Part shown: piece by piece, positions 25,201 to 37,200 of the stretch
How the letters are laid out: every line of letters begins with the position of its first letter
How positions within the stretch are numbered: the stretch's first letter is position 1
Assembly (NCBI RefSeq): GCF_032191835.1
Contig: NC_083237.1
Span: 22,568,001 to 22,632,000, forward strand
Direction: 5' to 3'
Length of the DNA stretch: 64,000 nt
Origin: Heteronotia binoei
Lineage: Eukaryota
Made by a program: the position numbers and the translations under genes
Notes under the pieces: generated by a model
The model's database searches: none
What the model was told of the DNA's origin: nothing
Seen by the model: only the letters and a program-made list of their open reading frames with translations

Positions 25201-28200
25201 TTGGGGGTAGAGGCAGGAGCAAGAGTGTGGCATTAACAAGGATTATTAATTTCTTGGCTGGACTGACAAAGAGGCCCCTGCCTCTCACTCAGTCAGCCCC
25301 TTCTGCTGAAAAGTGCAGGGTTTATAAACGTTTTTTTCCCGGAGCACTGACATCACTTATCAGATCTACTGGGTCACAGTTGTGCCTCTGATGTCAACAA
25401 TAATACTTGCCAACTCAAAACATTAAGGTCAAGATTGTCCGCAGTTCACTCTTCCCTTTCACCTATTTTCTGGGTCTTTGCAAATGGCGGCTTCCTGCAA
25501 TACCAAATATGGTCTTCCTGTCTTGGGGAGGCAGCTTCAACCTTCACACATTGACCCAGATTCTCAGCTTATGGCTGAGTGATTACATTGCTGTTGAGAG
25601 CAATATGAACGCTTAAGGTGCTGAAGAGCTTAGAACTCTGGTGGCCAAGTTCATAACTGCAGCCAAAAATCATAGAGAGCTATAGAGGCTTCTAAGGTGT
25701 TTGAAGAGCTTATTTCACAAGAGACCCAACCCAAAATTCTGTGACACCGCCACCCCATTGGCCAGATTGGAGAAGGCATTTTTGTCTTTAAGTTACGTCA
25801 CTTCTCCAAGCCAGCAGGTGGCTTGGCGAATGTGTTTAAAATTAAAGTTGCTTTCTTGCCACCTCTCCCTCCCCATCTATTTATTTTCTTCCTTCCATAT
25901 GCCTTGTTGCTCTCAAACATCTGATGTTTATTTTCTTTGCGGCTCTTTATATTAAGCAAGTTTTGCCACCCCTGTTCTACAAGAAGGTGTTCCTGAAATT
26001 TCCGTTTTGAGATTTTTTTGCAAACTGGTAGAAATGGGGGGGGGGTTGTCTTCTCTTTGCTGACTCTCTCTGGATGATGGAATCTTGAGCAGGGGCCACC
26101 TGAAGATGGGGGTGTTCTTACATACCGGAAAGCGCTCTGTTCCTATCTCTTCATCATTCTCATGCATAATAATAGAAACCACTTCACACTCTTTTGAAAG
26201 GTGAGCAGCTACTACCCATGTGGTTCTTGAGGGAGGTTTCTCACTCCGACATGATTACCCTTGCTAATTAAAACAAAAAAAACCCTCTTTTCTGGTTCTC
26301 AGGCTCTGATCTCCTTCCAGCTGAGCTGGCTTACACACACAGTTGTGTTTTCCACTACATGCACACACAACAACTTGCTGCTATCTCTGTTCTGTATCCT
26401 TGTACAGTAAATGCTAGGGTTGCCAGCTCTGGTCTGGGACATTCCTGGAGATTTGGAAAGCCTGGGGAGGGAACTCAGCAAGGATGTCATGCAATGGAGT
26501 CCACTTTCCAAAGCTGATATTTTATCCAAGGGAACCAATCTCTGTGCTCTGGAGATCTGTTGCAATCCCAGGACATCTCCAGGTCCCACCTGAAGGCTGG
26601 CAAATCTAGTAAATGCGAAGGCCTGTTGTATTTTTTTTGTTTGTTTTATTTATTTATTTTCTCTTTGTTCTTTTCAGCCTATTGGCACCAGGGCTTTTTT
26701 TGAGCAGGAACACAGTTCCGGCTGGCTTGACGTCAGGGGGTGTGGCCTACTACACAAATGAGTTCCTGCTGGGCTTTTTATACCAAAAAAGCCCTCATTG
26801 GCACGATCAATGTCAGTTTGTTCTCTTATTATCTTGCGTAATATTTAGGGTAATATTATTCCTGGACTCCCTGCATCTATTCTCAAGTCTCTCCTAATTG
26901 TCTCAAATGCTGCCAAGAGCCCAAGCAATGAACAGAGAGGACAATCTCTGGTTTCACCAGAAGACTGGTACCTGTAGAACAAAAGGCCTAAGCAGGAAGA
27001 AGAAGAAAATGAAATACAGAAAGAGGAGGAAGAACATGGAGGCATTTCGAAGTAAGATCTGATCAAAGACTAGACCCATTTCAATGGGGTTTCAGACCTG
27101 ACTTTGGACAGAGACTGTTTTGGTTGCTCAGGTGAAGGATGGATAAGTATTTGCAAACGAATAAATACCTGCTGTCTAACCAAGACCAGAGGCTAAACCT
27201 GGTGTGAGGGAACAGACAAATGAGATTGTTGAGCAGATTTAAGGGTATGCATGGGTCTCTACCAGGAAAAGTGGGTCCCACATTGTGAGGGGGCCCATAA
27301 AAACAGGGGCAGAAAAAACAACAACCAACAAGCGAACAACTAAATGGACCACTTTAGAGATGGCAGAAAACAGCCAAATATCATTAAATGCCTGTACAAT
27401 AAGAAAAATATTTCACCTGGCACAAAAATATTATAGCAAAGTAGATGCCCGGCAGAGAGCTTTGGCCAGGGATTTCCACAAGCAAAGGACCAGCAGGCAG
27501 GGGCTATCGCTTAGGGGCAGAGCACGCGCCTTCCATGAGGAAACATCACAGGTTCAGTCCCTACCACCTCCAGTCAAGTGGTCCCAGGACCCTGAAGAAT
27601 TGCTGCGGGTTAAACTAGACAAGACTGAACTGAATGGGAAAGTGGCCTGGCTGGAGAGATTGCAATTTCATATTTCCCAATGCAGAAGGTTCTATCCTTG
27701 TCAACCTCCCAGTTCACTGACAAAAGCAGAAGCATCTATAGCAGGGCCACCACTGCAGACCATAACAACTAGGTACGTTCCTAAAGGAGCAAACCGTGTG
27801 GTAGCACAGCATCCTCAGAGATGCTGGAAAAGATTGGCTAAGAAGCCAGGAGGGAGGAGTTGGGAGAAGAGCTGGGCTTTTTATGAGCAGGAACACACAG
27901 AAATGCAGTTCCAGCTGGCTTGGTGCTACGGGGTGTGGCCTAATATGCAAATGAATACCTGCTGGGCTTTTCCTACAAAAAAGCCCTGTGTGATGTCACA
28001 GGGGGTGGCCTAATAGGCAAATGAGTTTTTATAAAGCCCTGGAGAAGAGGCTCTAGAAAGCACAATTAGCCATTCTGAGAACGTTGCGCCAAATATGCTC
28101 AGCAGTTAAGCATACCATTTTCAATAGCCGTGTGGTTACTTGTGAACCACAGCTCAAGTCACCTTGTCTCACCTTCTTTGCTCTCTATCGACTCGAGAGC

Positions 28201-31200
28201 TGAGCCGAGCAGTTTTGCAGCTATGCAGGAGCTGCAGTGGTAGAATTTAAATTCTTTCTGCCTTGAGGGCGCTTTTGCACCTAACACAGTAGGCAAAATG
28301 GATTCCCTTCACCCCAGGGTGACAAATGGGCACATGATACGTGGTGAAAATTACAACACCCGCAGCACTTTATGACGGCGCTGCAATTCCAGACAGCTTG
28401 GCAGAATTAATGTTGACGTGTCAGACAGACACAGATGAACACTGAATGATAAGCCTTAAAAAACTGTGCAGTATTTATTTATACGGGATTGGCTCCTTTT
28501 CATCATTTAATTGCAGGCAGCAGTAGCATCTGGGGCAGAGGGTTTTACTGTGTGCTGTGTATGACCATCAGGAAGTGGGGAAGCTCACAAGCAACCCCAA
28601 ACTTCCCACCAAACCATCACCTCCTTGTTCATGACGGGTGAGAGAGGTGTGAGCTGAACTGAGTGCTTGAGCATCTCTAGGCTTCTCAGAAAATTTGGGT
28701 TTGCCTCTGCATCATGGACAAAACAGTCATGAAATAAAGCCTGTCGCTCAGAAATGCTACGCGTTTATACATAAGGAACATTGAAAGTAAAATATAATTT
28801 AGTGGGAGATTCCTTCGTTTTGTCCTGGGACAGGGCAAAGTAGTGCGGAGTTGCTTTGTACAGAAGTCCCCCAAAAGCACCATAAATCTAGAAGTGGCTG
28901 TCACTTCAAGATAGTTTGACCAGGTCAAATTAATCAATAAAAAAGAAAATATATCTTTCAAGTAAAAAGATGCCTGTGATTAGTCAGATGAAAAATTTCT
29001 TTTAAAATGGTTAATTTTTAAATACTTAGTCAAATGTGGTCCAAAAGAGATTTACAGCCTTCTAAAACCCACTGAAGTCCACGGGGTCAGAACGGTGTGT
29101 CTGGTTATGATTGCATTGAATCTCTAGCTAGCAACTGAAGCACTGTCTTGGAAGAGAACATTCCACCTTCTTTCTCATGCCATGTAGGTGAGAATGCCCG
29201 TTTGACAGTGATGCTTCTTGCGATACACATGCACATCCAGGCCTTTTTTCTGGAGAAAAAGCCCAGCAGGAACTCATTTGCATATTAGGCCACACCCCTT
29301 GATGCCAAGCCAGCCAGAACAGTGTTCCTGTGCATTCCTGCTCAAAAAAAGCCCTGTGTACATCAACTTACAAAGGAGGAAAGTATATTTCCCCACTCCC
29401 ACATAGTGCTGTTTTATTACAGGCACAAGTGCATGCATAATTCTTATTGTACAGGCATTTATTCCTAGGTTGTACTCTGCTTCTTCTTCAGTGCTCTATT
29501 CTGTTGTGCATCTGTTGATCCCCCCCCCCCCACAACCCCTTTTTTACTGCAGTTTTAAATCCCATCACAATCTGGGACCCACCTCTCCGAGTACAGACCC
29601 ATGCACACCCTTAATCTCTTTAGTTAACAAACTGATGAACAAGCTGACTTCAGTTAACAAACTGATTAAAGCTCATGTGATTAATCCACAAAAAATTCTT
29701 CAATTAGGTAACTAACTACCCATTTTTATTTTGTGAAACGAAACATGCAAACCAACCAACCCTCGCTGCCTGCTCCATCCCACTCTTTTCCCCAGCTGAC
29801 TGGGATCAAGCAGTACAAAATGAAAGGAAGGATGAACTTGTGTGTTTAAAATATCTGGGCTGGAAAGTGCAAATGCTGCTGCTTGCCTGGAATGAGAATT
29901 TTAGACAGATGAGTCTTGGCTTAGTGCCTTTTTTGAGGTGCTTCTGAGTCTTGGCTGAAGATTTCTTTTTAAAAAAAAATACGGATGTTGCTCTGCAAAT
30001 CAGGGGGAGATATATTTTCACGGAATGGAAAATTTCCTCCTTCCCCTCTGTTTGAGCTCAGCTCTAGAGCCTGTGAATTAACAATAGAAAAGGGCACCCT
30101 GTGTGCGCTCAGGGGCATTCCTATCACCATGCTGCTTTCACAGAGCTGGTTATCAGTTTCTGGAGCTTGAGGAGTCACCTCATAATTTGAGAACCCGAAG
30201 TTTAGGAATAGTGAGGTTACCCCAACTAGGCTGGCTCAGGCTAGCCTCATCTCATCAGATCTCGGAAGCTAAGTGGGGTCAGCCCTGGTTCGTATTTGGA
30301 TGCGAGACCACCATGGAAGTTCAGGCTTGCGACACAGAGACAGGCAACGGAAAACCATCTCTGTTGATCTCTTGCCTTGAAAACCCTACAGGGTCTCAGC
30401 TGCCACTCGATGGCACTTTTCAACACCACCAGTAAAGCTGTGGTCCTGCAGCTGTGCCTATTAAAGGTAAAGGTAGTCCCCTGTGCAAGCACCAGTCGTT
30501 TCCAACTCTGGAATGACATCGCATCATGACATTTTCATGGCAGACTTTTTATGGGGTGGTTTGCCATTGCCTTCCCCAGTCATCTACACTTTCCCCCCAG
30601 CAATCTGGGTACACATTTTACCGACCTCGGAAGGATGGAAGGCTGAGTCAACCTTGAGCCAGCTACCTGAACCCAGTTTCCACCGGGATCGAACTCAGGT
30701 CATGAGAAGAGCTTGGACTGCAGTACTGCAGCTTACCACTCTGCACCACGGGGCTCCCTCTCTAAAACACTAAGCGTACTGATATTGCTTAGGGTTAGCA
30801 AGCTCCAGATTTACAATCTTCCAGAATTACAATTTATCTCCAGATTAGCTACCCAGGAGAAAATGGCAGCTTCGGAGGTGGCCTCTTTGTCATTACATCC
30901 CCTCTGAGCTCCTCACCATATAGGGTTGTCAGGTCTGTGTTGGAAAATACCTGGAGATTTTGGGGGTGGAGCCAGGAGGGCAGGATTTGGGGTGGGGAGG
31001 GTCCTCCACATGGTACAATGCCATAGAGTCCACCCTTCAAAGCAGCCATTTTCTTCACAGGAGCTGATCTTTGCCAGCTGGAGATCAGCTATAAAAATGG
31101 GAGATCTCGATGACCCACCTGGAGGCTGGCAACCCTATAATGTAGTGTCCCCAGATTTCCAGAAATTTCACATGCTGGATCTGGGAACGCTAATTCAGGG

Positions 31201-34200
31201 CTATAGTAATAACAAATAACAAATAATCATATAGAGATTAGACAATAAGTAGCAAGAAAAGTTTGTGCAACGGTGAAGAGGAACTGAGGAAACAGCGGAG
31301 TGTGTGCTTATGTGCAGTTCACACAGCAGTGTGAGGAGGCTTTACTGAAAGCCGCTTCCATTTCCCCTGGGTGTACAGTTAATGAAGTCAACATGTCCCC
31401 CAGAGCAAATACCCTACACCTTCAGTGGTTACAGAACAGGAAGAAATTTGACAGATGAAGCTCTTCTCATCGCCACACATTCTCATTTGAGAAAAGCACA
31501 TTTTCTGCTTCTTGGAATATGCCCCAAATACTACAGCCTTCTCCATAAAAACCACATCTCCAAGCTTTGAAAACCTTTGCCGGTTGATATCTGAACACCT
31601 GGCTGTTGTTAAAAGTACAGGAGCAGATGGGAGTGGATATTCTTTAGTCAGTTGGCAACTCTTAAGTAGGCTTCAAATTTACCCCTTCCATCTAGGCCTC
31701 AAACATATCTATAAAACTGATCCCTTATCTCAAATGTATTTAGAAGAGCTAGTTTTATACCTCACTTTTCTCTACTCTAAGGAGTCTCAAAATGGCTTAC
31801 AATCACCTTTCCCTTCCTCTCCCCCCTTGTGAGGCAGGTGGGTCTGAGAGAGTTCTGAGAGAACTATGACGGGCCCAAGGTCAGCCAGCAAGCTTCCTGG
31901 GGAGAAGAAGGGGGGAATTAAACCCATATTAGAGTCTTAACCACTACACCACACTGGCTTACCATGTCACGGCTGGGGCCGGGTCAGGCAAAGTCCAGAG
32001 GCAGTCCGAGGTCTGTAGCCAGTAAGCAGGAGGGTCCGAGGCGCCAAATCCGAATCACTGTAGAAGTATCGCAGGTCTGAGGTCCAGAAGCCGAGGTCAG
32101 GGAGTCCAGAAGTCCAAAGCCAAAGTCAGGGAGTCAGGAACCAAAGTCAAGCCGGAGTGGATGCTAGAATGTCAGGGAGATGACTAGTTGCTTCCACAAA
32201 GCTTCCTCCCAAAGCCCACAGCTATATAGCCCTCTGCTGGCTGTTGCCCGTTTGGGCTAATTGCTGGCTCAGGGAGGCAGCCAGGATCCTGTTACCACTC
32301 AAGCATCCTTGCTCTTAGAAGGGCCAGAATCCTCTCAGAACTCAGGGCTCAGGGAGCGTCTTGCTTGTGAGCGTGCCGCCCTCCTCCGATCCCTGAGGTC
32401 CTGCCGGAGGCGGTCACGCACACGAGCCACCCGAGAGGGCGAGGCAGGGGGGCTGGGATCTTCTCCAGCAGGAGGCAGGGGCACTGGTGCAGGTGGCAGG
32501 GGCACAGTTTCCTCATCAGACTCAACTTCCTCTGAAGGGTCCCCAGCACCCATGACACTATCCCCCCCCCCAGGGACCCCCTCCGTCGAGGGACCTGGAA
32601 GGTCGGGGTGGTCGTTGTGGAACTGGTGCACCAAGTCCGGGGCATGAAGATTGTCCTCGGGCTCCCAAGACCGGTCTTCTGGGCCGTATCCCTCCCAGTC
32701 CACCAGGTACTGGAGGCCTCCACGATGGTACCGGGAGTCCAGGATCTGGCGCACCTCATATTCTTCCTCGTCATCCACCAACACTGGTGGTGGCGGCGGT
32801 GGGGAAGGAGTCCGAGCTGGGTCAGGGGGTGCAGCCGGAACAAGGAGGGAGCGATGAAACACGGGGTGAATGCGGAGGTGGGGTGGCAACTGGAGCCTGA
32901 AGGCGACGGGGTTTATTTGTTCAACGACGGGGTAGGGTCCAATGAACCGTGCATCCAGCTTGTGAGACCGACCAGGCCGGCGCAGGTAGCGAGTTGAGAG
33001 CCACACCTGATCCCCCGGCTGCACTGGAGGGCCTTCTTGCCTCTTTCGGTCCGCAGCCCGTTTATATGCCTCCTTGGCTTGCTGTAGCTGCTCTCGGAGC
33101 AAGTCTTGGCTGGCACGGAGTTCTTGCAGGTAGGCATCGACGACGGGGACATTCGTGGGTGGTAGGATCGCTGGGAAGAACCGAGGGTGGTACCCGTAGG
33201 TTGCAGCAAACGGGGTCATTTGGGTGGATGAATGGACCGCGTTGTTGTATGCAAACTCCGCTAGGGGCAATAGAGTGGTCCAGTCATCCTGCTGGTAACA
33301 GGTGTAACAGCGGAGATATTGCTCTAGCGTGGCATTGGTGCGCTCTGTCTGGCCATCTGTCTGTGGGTGGTAGGCCGAGGACAGGTGCACTCGAGTACCC
33401 AGGCTGGAATGGAGGGCTTGCCAGAACCGAGAGGAGAACTGAGGGCCCCGATCGGAGATCAGATGGGCTGGGAGTCCATGCAGACGAAAGATGTGTTGCA
33501 GGTAAAGCTGGGCCGTCTCCTGAGCTGTGGGGAGTTTCGGGCACGGAACAAAGTGGGCCATCTTGGTAAATAGGTCGACGACCACCCAGATACAAGTCTG
33601 ACCCTTGGAGCGTGGAAGTTCCGTGATGAAGTCCATCGAGATGGTATCCCAGGGTCCTGAAGATGTGGGCAAGGGCTGCAGCAACCCTGAGGGTTTGGCT
33701 GGGATGTCTTTGGCCCGTCGGCAGACGTCACAGGAGCTGACATAGCGGGCAACATCAGCGCGAACTCGTGGCCACCAGAATTCCCTTGTCAGCAAGTGGG
33801 TGGTCTTATGCTGTCCAAAGTGCCCGGCGGGTAACGAGTCGTGGGTCAGGCGTAGCACTTCTGCCCGCAAGGGCCCGGGCGGCACATAGAGGCGTTCGCG
33901 GTGTAGCAAGAGGCCGCCTCGAGTCGTGAACTCCCCTGTTGGGTCATCTTGGAGAGCCTGGAGGTGTTGCTGGACCCAGGGATCATTGGCCTGGCTAGCC
34001 CGAATGTCCTCCACGAGTGCTGGTGAAGTGGAGGTGGCTGCAAATACTGAGGGCGGCAGGATTGGAGCAGCGGGCGCGGTCTCAGTTGAGGCAGGGGCGT
34101 ATTCCGGTTTCCGGGAGAGCGCGTCTGCTTTCCGGTTCTGGGTATGGGGGATGTAGGAGATCCGGAAGTCGAAGCGAGAGAAGAATAGGGACCACCGGAT

Positions 34201-37200
34201 CTGGCGCTGGTTGAGACGGCGGGTGGTCTGGAGGTGTTCCAAGTTCCGGTGATCGGTGAGCACTTGAACAGGGTGGCGAGCCCCTTCGAGGTAATGTCGC
34301 CAAACCTCAAACGCCGCCTTGATCGCGAGCAACTCCCTCTCCCAGATGGTATAGTTCCTCTCTGCAGCAGTGAGCTGCCGCGAGTAATAGGCGCAGGGCT
34401 GTAGTGGCTGGGACAGCTCCTCGCGCTGGGACAGCACTGCTCCCAGGGCCACGTTGGAGGCATCAGCTTCCACCGTAAAGGGAAGCTGGGGGTCGGGGTA
34501 TCTCAGGAGTGGCCCGGTGGCAAAGCGAGTCTTCAGGGTGGAGAAGGCGTTATCGGCCTCTGGGGACCAGTGGAAGGGTTCTTTGGGGCGGAGTAGTTGA
34601 GTCAGGGGTGTGGTCAGGGATGCGTAGGCCGGGATGAATTGCCGATAGTAGTTGGCAAAACCGAGGAACCGCTGCAGGTCTTTGCGATTCTGAGGAGCCT
34701 GCCAGGTCAGGACCGCTTCTACTTTTTTCGGGTCCATGAGGATCCCCTGCGGTGACACGATGTGCCCAAGGAACTCGACGGAGCGCAGGTCGAAGTCGCA
34801 CTTCTCCAGCTTGGCGTAGAGACCATGGGCTCGTAGGCGCTGCAGGACCTGGCGGACGTGCTCGGCGTGCTGGGCAGGATTGCGGGAGTAAATTAGAATG
34901 TCATCTAGGTATATGATCGCGAAGCGGTCGAGCAGGTCCCGGAATATGTCATTCATGAACCTCTGGAAGACAGCGGGGGCATTGGTCAGTCCGAAGGGCA
35001 TTACCAGGTGCTCATACTGCCCGTATCGGGTCCCAAACGCAGTCTTCCATTCGTCTCCGGGCCGTATGCGCACCAAATTGTACGCTCCACGGAGGTCCAG
35101 CTTGGTGTAGATTTGGGCCCCCTTTAGGCGATCCAAGAGTTCAGGGATCAGTGGTAGAGGGTACCGGTCGCGGATGGTGATCTTGTTCAGGGCCCGGTAG
35201 TCATTGCACAGCCGGAGCTCCCCACTTTTCTTCTTCACGAAGAGGACTGGAGCAGATAGGGGAGAGGTTGAGGGTCGGATGAATCCGCGTTTCAGGTTCT
35301 TGTCCAGGAAGTCTCGCAGAGCTGCCAACTCCGGCTCCGACATTGGGTACAGACGCCCCACCGGGAGTGGTGCCCCAGGTACCAAATCAATGGCACAGTC
35401 GTAGGGCCGGTGAGGGGGAAGCTGATCAGCTCCTGTCTCTTCGAAGACATCAGCAAAGTCCACATACTTCTGAGGGAGCTGAGGACCACCACTCGGGATG
35501 CCAGCTGCTAGAGTGGTGGGAGGAGTCAGATGGGGGCATGGGTCTCGGAAGCGTAGTTCCTGCTGGGCCCAGTCCACGATGGGGTTGTGCAGCTTCAGCC
35601 AGGAAAGGCCTAGAATCAGCGGGAAGCGAGGCATGCGGGCGACATCAAACCGCAGCTGTTCTTGGTGCTGCTGGACGTGGAAGGTGATGGGACAGGTCTC
35701 CTGGGTGACGGGGCCAGAACGGAGGAGGCGCCCGTCAATAGCCTCCACCAGCGACGGAATCCCTTTTGTCTGCACAGGGATCTGGTGCTGCTTCACAAAG
35801 GCGGCATCTATAAAACAGTGGGCCGCTCCCGAGTCCAGCATGGCATACACGAACAGCCAGCGTTCGTCAGGCAGACGGAGTTTGACTGGTAGCAGGAATG
35901 GCCCTGGGGTATCAGCCCGCTGTTCGGAGGACCCAGCTAGTCGCCCCAGGCTGGGGGGTCCACTTACGCCTGGGGCTGCCCTTTTGGCGGCGGTGGCAGC
36001 GAAGGTCCAGGTATCCGATGCTTAGCAGGGCAGCCAGAGGCATAGTGGCCTGCCGTGCCGCAGTAGAGGCACAGATTCTGCGTGCGGCGTCTGGTCTTTT
36101 CCTCTGGGGTCAGGCGGGGTCGAGCAGCTCCAAGCTGCATAGGCTCATCCTTGGTGCTGGTACTAGCTGGGGACGGGCGAGGAGCCAGGTAGCACGGCGC
36201 AGGGAGCTGGCGCCCTCTGGTCTTGGCTTGGCGGCGACTTTCCAGGCGGCCATCAATGCGGAGGCAGAGGGTGATAAGTTCTTGGAGCGTGGGTGGCTGC
36301 TCCACCCTGGCCAGTTCATCCAGGACCTCCTCTGCCAACCCCTCAGTAAACTGGTCCATCTGGGCAGCCTCATTCCACGCCAAGTCCTGGGTCAGGAGCT
36401 TGAATTCAGTGGCATATTGAGCCACCGAGGAGTTGCCTTGTTTCAGTGCCCTGATCTTCCGGTTGGCTGTGGCTGCTTGGACTGGGTTTGAGAAAGCAGC
36501 AGACAGGTGGGCCTCAAACCCCTGGTAATCAGTCAGTAGGGGAGAGGACGCGACCAGTAAGGGTGTGGCCCATTTGGCCGCCTGCCCCTTTAACAGACTG
36601 ATGACGAAACACACCTTGGTTTTGTCATTGAGGAAGTCCCGTGCTCTCAGTTCAAAGTACAGCCGACACTGTGCTAGGAAGGCAGGAAATTCTTCCACGG
36701 CACCCCCAAATCTGTCAGGTGGGGGAACTGGGCACTTGGCTGGAGCACTGGCCGCAGGTTGTTGCTGCAAGTGCACTACTGCCTGTGTTAGCTGCTGTAC
36801 CTGGGCTTGGAGCGCAGCCAGTAGTTCTGTGGTTTCACTTGCTTCAGCATCCATCCTGTGGAGTGGGTGTTTGTCGGTGGAAGCAATCTGTCACGGCTGG
36901 GGCCGGGTCAGGCAAAGTCCAGAGGCAGTCCGAGGTCTGTAGCCAGTAAGCAGGAGGGTCCGAGGCGCCAAATCCGAATCACTGTAGAAGTATCGCAGGT
37001 CTGAGGTCCAGAAGCCGAGGTCAGGGAGTCCAGAAGTCCAAAGCCAAAGTCAGGGAGTCAGGAACCAAAGTCAAGCCGGAGTGGATGCTAGAATGTCAGG
37101 GAGATGACTAGTTGCTTCCACAAAGCTTCCTCCCAAAGCCCACAGCTATATAGCCCTCTGCTGGCTGTTGCCCGTTTGGGCTAATTGCTGGCTCAGGGAG

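Noticed and set aside
27285-28013. 242-aa plus-strand ORF
   Set aside because: Non-ATG start, no recognisable domain, and its 3' part runs through a palindromic MITE; probably a chance ORF.
32261-36949. Many 100-206 aa ORFs overlapping gag/pol on either strand
   Set aside because: Shadow frames of a GC-rich coding region; no motifs.
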